Below are positions 53,306 to 61,892 of a stretch of DNA of 64,000 nt, in pieces; positions within the stretch are counted from its first letter, which is position 1; each line of letters opens with the position of its first letter. The DNA comes from Candidatus Poribacteria bacterium (lineage in GTDB: Bacteria > Poribacteria > WGA-4E > PCPOR2b), in assembly GCA_965218095.1 (NCBI GenBank), contig OZ244587.1, positions 5,536,001 through 5,600,000 of the forward strand. Direction: 5' to 3'. Below the pieces are notes generated by a model, which was not told the DNA's origin, did no database searches, and saw only the letters and a program-made list of their open reading frames with translations. The position numbers were made by a program, and so were the translations under genes.

Positions 53306-54415
53306 TCAGAATTTCAGCCCCAAGCTAACCCGATGCGCCCGTTGCAGATGCCCAAAATCAGCGAAGGCATAATCGAGAGAAAGCGCCGTTGATGCAAAAT
53401 CCGTGTTTATTCCAAATCCGAGGGTAATCCCCTCTTCATCATCACTCCGTTCAGGCCCCAAGCGGAATTTATAACCCCCACGAATGGCCGCCATCTTTTT
53501 GTACCAGTACTCTAACCCCAAGTTTAGCCGTTCGCTGTTGTCAGTGGGATGGTTGCCATCAACTGCAACGGTGAGGAGGTTATCGCCAGTATTAAGCAAA
53601 TCGTAGGCGATGCCGAGGCGGAAATTGGACGGCAGAGGAAATTCTACAGTTTCTAATTCAGCCTTTCGCGTTGGATTCGTCGTATCTGGATAAGGACGAT
53701 AGTCGGCATTTCTTGGATCCCCGGCTTCTTCGGCGCCGGTCTCAAGGTCTGGACCGCTGAAACGCATTTCGGGTCCAAAGTTCGAGAAAGACATCCCAAT
53801 GCGTAAACTTCTCCAGCCTGTGTGGTATAAGGTCCCAACATCAATCGCCACTCCTGTGGCACTTTCCTGATGGATCTGCTGATGGATGTATTTGGCATTG
53901 ATACCGAAGGAGAGGTTGACCCCCGATTCTTTTTCGTAGAGCTGTCTGGAATACGCCACCGACACCGCCGCATCCCATGCCGAGAACCAGAGCCCCGTGC
54001 CATCCGGCTTCGCAAGGGTTGTGATTTCCATATCGGGGACGTTGAGGAATGTAACGCTTGCACCCAAGGTGCCCACCTTTTCTATCGGCGTGGCGAACGC
54101 AAGATAGTTATATCGGATATCGGCGAGCCATATCGTATGCGTGTCTGAAAAGCTAGTCTGTTTGAGCTGGCTTAACCCTGCCGGATTCCAGTAGATGCTG
54201 GTAACATCGTTGGCAAGCCCACCAAACGCACCTCCCAAACTGTCCACCCGCGCCCCGGGGCCAATTTTCAGAAACTGTGCACCGGCAGTCCCGACATTGG
54301 TGGTCGCATCGCTTGGAACTACCCATAAAAACATAACAGTAAATAAGAAAATAGAAATTGTCGGGGCGAATCGCCCCCTGTCCATTGCTAGATTCACAAA
54401 AATAGTATTGTGCAT
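53306..54415 (-). CDS. PorV/PorQ family outer-membrane protein
   Basis: AQFLKIGPGAR, IYWNPAGL, LP..FRLG, DYAF..HRVSLGLKF with terminal Phe. Confidence 0.88.
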   Translation of the reverse strand: MHNTIFVNLAMDRGRFAPTISIFLFTVMFLWVVPSDATTNVGTAGAQFLKIGPGARVDSLGGAFGGLANDVTSIYWNPAGLSQLKQTSFSDTHTIWLADIRYNYLAFATPIEKVGTLGASVTFLNVPDMEITTLAKPDGTGLWFSAWDAAVSVAYSRQLYEKESGVNLSFGINAKYIHQQIHQESATGVAIDVGTLYHTGWRSLRIGMSFSNFGPEMRFSGPDLETGAEEAGDPRNADYRPYPDTTNPTRKAELETVEFPLPSNFRLGIAYDLLNTGDNLLTVAVDGNHPTDNSERLNLGLEYWYKKMAAIRGGYKFRLGPERSDDEEGITLGFGINTDFASTALSLDYAFADFGHLQRAHRVSLGLKF

Positions 54416-54456
54416 GTGTTTATCCTCAAGAGTGCGCTTCCAAAGCGCGTCCCCCT

Positions 54457-57400
54457 TTATCGAATAATCGCAAACCGACTAATCTTATTTCCGATAACGG
54501 CATTGCTTTCATCGTGTGCTTCAACATGATAGATATAGACGCCACTGGCAAGTGCCTGATTGTAAAAATTAAGAAGGTCAAACGCTTCTGTGCCGCCCTT
54601 GTCGCCCTGTGCCAAACGCTCATCTGAGTTGAAGGGCGCGAAGCTTTCGTGTTCGATCTCCTGCACTAATTCACCCGCCAATGTATAAATCCGAATGGTA
54701 CACCGCGGCGGAAGGTGCGTGAAGAAGATCTTATCCGTTCCTTCAGCAGTCACAGCCCTGTTTGTGACGAAGTAAGGGTTCGGCACGACGCGGATTCGTT
54801 CTAGATCTGCTTTGATATCTTCAGCGGCGAGCGACTCGCCTTGTGTCGTCAGCAGGAACTCGTCGCCATCCCGCGGCGCACTGACACCCCCCATGTCAAC
54901 AGTGAATACATCCCCGGCGGAGATTTCGTGGTTGGGATCGTTTATGAAGACGTACCCACCCCGAATGTAAATCCCAAAAAAGTCCGGTGTGTCTTCCCGG
55001 CTATATGTATCACTCCAGCCGGCACCTAGGATTGCGTATCCCTCGGCCTGCTGGTCGTTGAATTGAATTTCTTCGCCTGTATCTTCGTCCACCACTTTGA
55101 CGTGCGTATCATCAACGAACGTGATCGAATACCTATGCGGGCGGTAATACGTTGCCCAGTTGATACTGGGCCAGGTGTTCTCTCCGGCACTGGGAGATTG
55201 GATGTCCACCGTCCACCCCGGAACGGAGCCTGCGCTCAGTTCGACGTTGTTGATTGGGTTTTCGGTTGGACTCCCGTAAGTCACATCAACCCCCGTTATC
55301 TTCAAGACGATTCCATCAAACATCGGGGAGAGCACCTCAACAGCCTCGCCGTGGCCAGGATCATACCACTCAAACGGTTGCTGCTCCACTACCGTTTGAT
55401 TTATTGTCATGTCAATAATCTCATAAGAGGGCGGTTGATAGCCGGGACCTGTGATATACGCACCGGGGCCTATCTGTTTCGCGCCCTGCCAGACGATTTT
55501 ATATTGGTGTCCCGTCACCTTGTTTGGCGCGATCACCATCGGTTCAACGGTGACAGTCCCCACCCCTTGGTCCTCTACGTCGACGGTCGCTTCTCGATAC
55601 CCGGCAGGCTGGGCGCGCGGAACGACATGGACCATCGTCTCAATCTGGCTGCTCTCCATCGCAATAAGCCCAGTTTTCGGGTTGCCTGTATCGAATGAGG
55701 TCACCGCATAGGTGTATTGAATCCCGTTCGTCAATCCTTCGTCAGTATAGAAATTCTTGATGCCTGCATCTTCACCAAGTGCCATTGAAGGCGTGGAAAC
55801 GATGCGGAAGATATCGCCAGCCACAGGCGGACCTGAGGGCCCGTCCGTAATTTCCACATACACCCCCCCAAAGTAGATTGGAGCACCGGAACGATAGACC
55901 CCGTCGGGATACGCTTCACCCGTATTAAAATCCTTCAGGACAGCATACCCGCCGCCGTCTGCTGGGAATTCGGGGTTATACGCTATAACTTCCCATAGCG
56001 TTGTATTAATCACCTCAAAGGTTGTGCTGGAATTGAATTTGATTGCGTAGACCGCGCTTTTGAAGAAGTCAGCGAAGTGAGGTTCATCGCCAAGGCCTGC
56101 AATGGTAGCGTCTGACTGTTTGCCGACATGCGCGACCGTAAAGAAATTACCGGTTGCGCTCGGTTTGTCAAACTCCACCAGCATCTCCCAATCTTCCACA
56201 GGTTTGCCGGTGGTTGGATCGTAGGAGGGATCTCGCCGGTAAACTCTATAGCCCTCAAAAATTTTCTCCGGGTCGGTGGGATCAGCATATTTTTCGATAC
56301 TTTTATTGATACCTCTATCAACCCAGAGCCCAGCACTTTTCCAGACGAGCGTCACCTGTCCATCGGCAGGATAAGCCGTTACCTGCGGAGACGGTGGCGG
56401 GGCAGGTGCAACGTAGGCATCATCATACAACTTCTGCGCCCAGTCTGCAGACGCTTGTAAACCGGCAAGTCCCTCACCGATAGCCACTGCTGTTACGAAG
56501 GTGAACTCCTGTCCGGGGGCGAGTGACGCTATGGGCCCGTAGGACTGGATAAAGCGTTGGTCATCGTAGTTTGCGGGCAGTGGGTCAACACCGGGGCCGC
56601 TGATTAAAGCGTACATCTCCGCATCAGTCGTTGGGTCGGTGGCTATCGTAATCCGTTTGTGCGCCGTAAAAGGAATTTTTGCCCCGATATCCTGTGGGTT
56701 ATTCCCCACATACGCATCCAATACTCGCAAACCGATGTACCCGGGTGCAGAAGCGTTGGAGAACCCGTAAGAGAGGTAGCGGTTCGGGTACGCATCGGGG
56801 TTGAGAGCGTCCGGCGTTTCATCTAACGCAATAAAATCATCAGCCGAGTAGCTTGCTGTGCCTGTCTCATTGCTGGAGACATCTATGTCATACCGGAACG
56901 CCATAAACAGGTCTTCGAGCATCTCACCGCCAACGTTTTTGACCTTGTATTCTAGAATAAAGAAATCGTAGAGCGGTGCATAACTCCATTGAAAGCCGTT
57001 GACCTCAAGTTCTAATCCAAGAATTAAGCCCTGATTCGCTTCAGGGTTCGTGTCGGCGCATTTGAACATGATAGCTTGGCTTGTCGGCGTTCCTTTTGTC
57101 GTGACACCGGGCTTGTTTGAAATCACCTCAGGCACATCGTCGGTGGGCCAAATTTCGCTTTGCCTGCCATCTGACGCGGAAACTCCAATCTCCCCGCCTT
57201 TTTTGGCACCGATCCAAATATCGCCTTCATAGATGTAAGAATCGTTTGTTCCTGCGGGCCACCACCCTGAAGGGTTTGCGGTCGGGTTGCTGGGGTAGCC
57301 GACGACTGCGGTGTTGTAGACAGCAGACGACAGATTGCCTACATCCAGTGCCTTCCAATCCACGGCAGCCATCACCGGTAGGATTGCTACGATTAACAGC

Positions 57401-57462
57401 CCAGATATGAGCAATGCTATTAGGGGCAGCGCTGCGCGTCTGCCCGGTTGCATGTGTTTCAT
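54457..57462 (-). CDS. Large secreted protein with FN3-like region and T9SS-like C-terminal domain
   Basis: Signal peptide; FEGYRVYR, YAVTSFD, IRVVPNPY...IRIYTLAGELV...ASGVYIY..FAIIR. Confidence 0.85.
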   Translation of the reverse strand: MKHMQPGRRAALPLIALLISGLLIVAILPVMAAVDWKALDVGNLSSAVYNTAVVGYPSNPTANPSGWWPAGTNDSYIYEGDIWIGAKKGGEIGVSASDGRQSEIWPTDDVPEVISNKPGVTTKGTPTSQAIMFKCADTNPEANQGLILGLELEVNGFQWSYAPLYDFFILEYKVKNVGGEMLEDLFMAFRYDIDVSSNETGTASYSADDFIALDETPDALNPDAYPNRYLSYGFSNASAPGYIGLRVLDAYVGNNPQDIGAKIPFTAHKRITIATDPTTDAEMYALISGPGVDPLPANYDDQRFIQSYGPIASLAPGQEFTFVTAVAIGEGLAGLQASADWAQKLYDDAYVAPAPPPSPQVTAYPADGQVTLVWKSAGLWVDRGINKSIEKYADPTDPEKIFEGYRVYRRDPSYDPTTGKPVEDWEMLVEFDKPSATGNFFTVAHVGKQSDATIAGLGDEPHFADFFKSAVYAIKFNSSTTFEVINTTLWEVIAYNPEFPADGGGYAVLKDFNTGEAYPDGVYRSGAPIYFGGVYVEITDGPSGPPVAGDIFRIVSTPSMALGEDAGIKNFYTDEGLTNGIQYTYAVTSFDTGNPKTGLIAMESSQIETMVHVVPRAQPAGYREATVDVEDQGVGTVTVEPMVIAPNKVTGHQYKIVWQGAKQIGPGAYITGPGYQPPSYEIIDMTINQTVVEQQPFEWYDPGHGEAVEVLSPMFDGIVLKITGVDVTYGSPTENPINNVELSAGSVPGWTVDIQSPSAGENTWPSINWATYYRPHRYSITFVDDTHVKVVDEDTGEEIQFNDQQAEGYAILGAGWSDTYSREDTPDFFGIYIRGGYVFINDPNHEISAGDVFTVDMGGVSAPRDGDEFLLTTQGESLAAEDIKADLERIRVVPNPYFVTNRAVTAEGTDKIFFTHLPPRCTIRIYTLAGELVQEIEHESFAPFNSDERLAQGDKGGTEAFDLLNFYNQALASGVYIYHVEAHDESNAVIGNKISRFAIIR

Positions 57463-57624
57463 TTTTCCTCCTAAAAGACGAGATAAGGGGTCCTCCCCTA
57501 CAGTAGGTGAATCAACTGATAACACACTTACGGAGTCGGACTTAGAGGGAGCATGTTGATAACCACTTCAACGAAGTATAAAAATCAGAGAGGCTCCGTC
57601 ATCAACCGAGACGGCGGATTGGTG

Positions 57625-57717
57625 TTAAGATTTTTTGGCGTGTTTTATGGCATGGCCTGTGACGATGCCTAGACCAGTGAGAAACACTACAACTACTACA
57701 ACTGCAACCCATTCCAT
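57625..57717 (-). CDS. 30-aa hydrophobic small ORF (not in the ORF track)
   Basis: AAAGGAG RBS; MEWVAVVVVVVFLTGLGIVTGHAIKHAKKS*. Confidence 0.6.
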   Translation of the reverse strand: MEWVAVVVVVVFLTGLGIVTGHAIKHAKKS

Positions 57718-57779
57718 AGCTCTCCTTTCAAAATAGGTATGCGTTTCTGAAAGGATACCTATTTTCTGCCTTTTTTCAC

Positions 57780-57974
57780 CTAGTGATGAAGGATTGCCTC
57801 AATCGGATCTGGAGACAGAATGAGATAATGCTCTTCTTCATAAGCCTCCACCAGTGTAACAAGCACATCAAGTTTATCCCCCTCCGGCGAACCGTAGTTT
57901 GAACCCCAGAGTTTTTCTATATCCTTCAGCGCAGCTTCATAGTCTACTTCTGTTTTGATTGGTTTAATTTCCAT
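57780..57974 (-). pseudogene. HigA-like antitoxin truncated before the HTH
   Basis: MEIKPIKTEVDYEAAL...EGDKLDVLVTLVEAYE..PDPIEAI, then stop. Confidence 0.8.
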
Positions 57975-57985
57975 AGTTATTACCT

Positions 57986-58042
57986 TAGACTGTAGCAACG
58001 TTAATTGTATCATAGACTTGGTGTGTTCCAACAAACCTGATT
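57986..58042 (-). pseudogene. HigB toxin 3' remnant
   Basis: IRFVGTHQVYDTINVATV* directly upstream of higA. Confidence 0.7.
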
Positions 58043-58063
58043 TCTGTGTCGCTGCATGTCAGG

Positions 58064-59119
58064 CTACCTATGGTTCCACATCTGGACGCGGCGCATAAAT
58101 ACCGAGGGGTCTGCCGTCCATTCTGCATAGCCGATATTCCTGTTATCCGTCAGATAGTTCAACTTTTCATCAATGCAAGTAGCGAGTGCTGCGTCTTCCA
58201 CCGCTAGGGTAAACCCACCGAGTTCAAATTGTTCATCAAGGGCGGTGACAGCGAACATGCTATTGGAGGCCTGGGCGGTATCACGGTTTCCGACCTCTCC
58301 CCTTGCTATTGCGTCAATCCTCCCTGCGGCGAGAGCATCCAGAAGTTCCGATTCCCCAACCTCATCCCCAAGATAAATGACTTGCGGCATATTTTCCGAA
58401 GGTGGATAGAGATGACTCCGCCCAGCCAAATTCGGGGTGGTACTGGCGGCGGTAATTATGTACGCCGCAGTGCCATCGGCAACGACGGTGCCTAGCGTTG
58501 TCTCAACGCGCGTCCCCTCGGCGAGGACACCGTTGACATCAACGAGCCCCGTCAGTTCCAGCAAGCGTGCTTCTCCGGTCGTAGCGGAAAGCACACCAAC
58601 GCGCACATCGCTAGTCAGATCCGCATGAGTAGCGAAGCGTTCTACATCTGTGGCGCGTACCAAAAGCGACTGGCGAAACTTGATATGTCCCGACGTAAAA
58701 TTGACAACTTTGTTGCCGGTCGTATCTCGGGTCCGAGCGTCGAGAATCGTGATGCCGCCGCCGACAAGATCGTATTCCGGCTCGGCGGACTTGAGCCAGA
58801 TGTCCGGCCAGACCGCGATAGGGTGGCGGACAAAGGATAATCCTGCGCCTTGCATCGCCTCGAGTGCTGTCAACAGGTCCGCTTCATAGCCGAGATGCGT
58901 GTTGAAAGCCTCGGAAGTAGGGTCTTCGTCGGCACTGTAACTCACAGGTGAAAAATATGCGTAAAAACCGACATTGAGGGCTCGAGTGCCATCTGTGCAG
59001 GCTTGCGACAGCATAGCGGGTTGAAGAATTTGCTGAAGTTGTTCGCAGGCAGAAAGCCCCGCAACTAGAATGGCAATCGCTAATACAGATGCGAGCGTTG
59101 TGATTTTTTTAATGTTCAT
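58064..59119 (-). CDS. Family 3-like substrate-binding lipoprotein
   Basis: Lipobox LSAC, GYEADL, GITI..AR, L.AGRIDA. Confidence 0.75.
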   Translation of the reverse strand: MNIKKITTLASVLAIAILVAGLSACEQLQQILQPAMLSQACTDGTRALNVGFYAYFSPVSYSADEDPTSEAFNTHLGYEADLLTALEAMQGAGLSFVRHPIAVWPDIWLKSAEPEYDLVGGGITILDARTRDTTGNKVVNFTSGHIKFRQSLLVRATDVERFATHADLTSDVRVGVLSATTGEARLLELTGLVDVNGVLAEGTRVETTLGTVVADGTAAYIITAASTTPNLAGRSHLYPPSENMPQVIYLGDEVGESELLDALAAGRIDAIARGEVGNRDTAQASNSMFAVTALDEQFELGGFTLAVEDAALATCIDEKLNYLTDNRNIGYAEWTADPSVFMRRVQMWNHR

Positions 59120-59188
59120 CTCGGCAATGTTCCGACTGATGGTTGGGGTTGGTAGGGTCTTGTTCTCTTTTTCTACTCTTCAAAGGCA

Positions 59189-61136
59189 CTATGTATCAGA
59201 TTCGTTAATCTTATTGTAGATATCAGTACCCATGGAAACCAATTTCTCACGGATTTCGGGCCAATCGTCCCGGTCATTTTTGCCTTTGTTAAGGACCGGG
59301 AATTTAACTTTCGTATACTGGGACGTGTCTGTATTTTTGTAATTGTAATCTGGTTTTGAAAATAACTCCATGACCTCGTCTCTACGTTCTGTAGAATTTG
59401 CCTCGTAGAAGTACAATTCAATATAGCATTTCCGCTTAGTAAGCACCAGATATACTTCTATATCATCACGTATAGTCTTACCTAGCCAACCTCCCTTATA
59501 GACAAATACAGATTTTCTGGCAAATAGTTCACCTAGTTTACCTTGGATGATCGGTTCCCAGAATTCGTTGTATTCAAGGTCGGTTTGCCTCTCGGTTTGA
59601 ATATCTATTGCGGGCCGAACTACCTGATGAAAGGATAGCTCTTTGTGTACATTGGCTTGTGCTTGAATTAGATGAGGGGTGTGCATAAATATAGTTGACA
59701 TAATCAAGCCAAAAGGGTTTCCTATTGTTATCATAGCAAAAGGAGCCCCAATATGGTACAAAGACCAATGTTGGCTGATTATGTCACTCTTATTATGCAA
59801 CTCTTTGAGCAGTTTATGCAACACCGTATTGACAAACCAGGTGTCACACACGCAAAACCATTGACATATTCAACCACCTCGTTTATCATTTTCTTCATGT
59901 TGATGCAGTTTCACGGCATCTATGGCTTCAAAACGCAATGGCGGTGGCTAATCAATCACCCAGAAGTGTTACAAATGCTGGGGTGGCAACAGCCCCCTCA
60001 TCGAACCACGATTGCACGTCGCTATAAGGCATTATATGAAGTGATAGAGGCATTTGTATTGTTTATCGGTCAGTATGCCACTGACTTGTCCCAACAATTC
60101 AACTTGGCTCATCTGGTAGCCGACAAAAGTTTATTTAAGGCACGAGGACCCGTCTGGCATCAAACTGACCGCAAAGCAGGAAAAGCACCTAAACATCTAC
60201 GCAACCTCGACACCGATGCCACGTGGAGCAAGAGTGGTTATCATGGCTGGGTCTATGGCTACGGACTTCACATTATCTGCACACAAGGTGCGTTCCCAAC
60301 ACTGATAACTGTGCACCGTGCGTCGGTCTCCGAAAGTTGGGCGATAGATGCTAAAGCGTCTGAGATTCTGACACAACTTTCACCGCAGACACTCACTGCC
60401 GATGATGCCTATACCCAAGCAGACCGTATCCGTCGTTGGGCGAAGGCACAAGTCGCTTTGATTACCCCGGCACTTAGATGGACAAAGGGACGGTTTGCCA
60501 AGGCGTATCATCGATTTATCAACCAACCCAAGCAGCGTCTCTGTTTAAGCAAACGTCGCAGTTCGGTTGAACCGTTGTTTGACTTGATTGCTAAAGTGAT
60601 AGGCACCACTCCTCAACAGAAGCAGTTACCGGTCAAGGGGTTTTTCAATGTACGCTGTTGTTTAGCTATCGGGGTGTTATCAGTGCAAGTGGCTATGATT
60701 GCCAATGCCATATGGAAGTTACCTGCTCGCAATATCTCTCATATGGCGGCTGTTTTCCAATGAACTACTATGCACACCCCTCAATTAGATACCAACCAAT
60801 TTCGCTGTCTTCATTGCGTAGATTACACGTGGTGATCATAAGGTCCTCAAAATCTTCAGCGACCAGCACAGCCACTGTGGCTTCCTTCAACCGTGCGTAG
60901 GCTTCAAGCCTGCCCCAGTGATCCCAATTCGCTGTGCCAAACTGATTTTCGACCACGAGTACGCCATCCTCTCCGACAGCGATAATATCCGCCTTACGCC
61001 TACCGACATTGGATTCCGTTTCTGGGTCTTCAAACTTACCGACGTTAAGTGCATTGAGCGTATCGGCGAGATCTGCCGAGAAATCTTCTTCCCGTTTATA
61101 GATGGATGAGAGTGAGATTGATTTTTGAAGTTTCAT
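59189..61136 (-). pseudogene. PD-(D/E)xK-like nuclease plus DUF4268-like protein split by an IS
   Basis: EEDFS, ADI, VENQF, DHWG; rejoins in frame as GWYLI|QAQANVHK once the IS and one TSD are removed. Confidence 0.78.
59674..60782 (+). mobile_element. DDE insertion sequence, IS982-like (transposase 59768-60763)
   Basis: TIR GAGGGGTGTGCATA / TATGCACACCCCTC, perfect 8-bp TSD AATTAGAT, WVYGYGLH and RSSVE motifs. Confidence 0.88.
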
Positions 61137-61147
61137 TTGACTCTCCT

Positions 61148-61205
61148 GTACAACGCCCAAGCTTAGTTATCCGATGAATTGGACGAGCAGGGCAGGAGTT
61201 TCCAA
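61148..61205 (-). other. Right arm of an attC carrying a palindromic insertion
   Basis: Minus strand CTCCTGCC[CTGCTCGTCCAATTCATCGG]ATAACTAAGCTTGGGCGTTGTAC, then AGGAG and ATG. Confidence 0.55.
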
Positions 61206-61233
61206 AACAGGGTTGACACACCAAAACCTGTTA

Positions 61234-61467
61234 TCAATCGCAATGGCGGGCTAGGTGCATTGCGTCGTCCATGCCTTTCAATACGAATCGTAAAGCTTCA
61301 TTAACAGCTTCTTCGTTGGGGAAAGCGGCGACAACATCCGGCGCAAGCTGGACAATGTTTGTACTGGCAGCATATTGCTGTGCATATTTCCCACGAGTCC
61401 CATTTTTCAGCAATGTTTCGTCGTATTCGGGACGCAATTCGTCATTAGGTGCGGTTATGTCAGCCAT
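61234..61467 (-). CDS. BrnA-like antitoxin
   Basis: DELRPEYD..RGKY..L.PDV..FP...VNEALR; overlaps the brnT stop. Confidence 0.75.
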   Translation of the reverse strand: MADITAPNDELRPEYDETLLKNGTRGKYAQQYAASTNIVQLAPDVVAAFPNEEAVNEALRFVLKGMDDAMHLARHCD

Positions 61468-61630
61468 TTTCGTATATTTTCCTTTCTTGACGTGTGACTT
61501 CGCGGGCACTGATAATTCGGATTCGTTGTCCGCGATCTGTGTGGGAGATAATGAGCAACCGTCTTTGTGTTGACTCACCAATCGTGATGTATCGGGATTC
61601 ATCATTTGAATAATCCGGATCGGGAAGCTT
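61460..61630 (-). pseudogene. BrnT toxin 3' half
   Basis: PDPDYSNDESRYITIG...IRIISAREVTRQERKIYE; N-terminus missing. Confidence 0.78.
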
Positions 61631-61892
61631 CAGTCTGTAGCGCACTCTCTTGCGCCAAGCCAACAAAGGGCATGCTGAAGCTCAACACTGTCATCAAAAA
61701 AATAAAACATGAAACATTGAATTTATTTTCACTGTATCTCTCCTGTTCAGATTTACGACCAGCGAATAGCTCTTTGGTCTCTCGTGTGTGAAAGATGTGC
61801 CTCTGATAAACGAAAGTCCACCTTGGGTAATTACCTGTTGTAGACCCACAAAGGCGAGCCCTGCGGCACCGCCCATGCAGCGTTTTTTCCAA

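Noticed and set aside
59173-59190. SAFEE* ending shared with the gene ending at 252
   Set aside because: A short match in a shadow frame; probably coincidence
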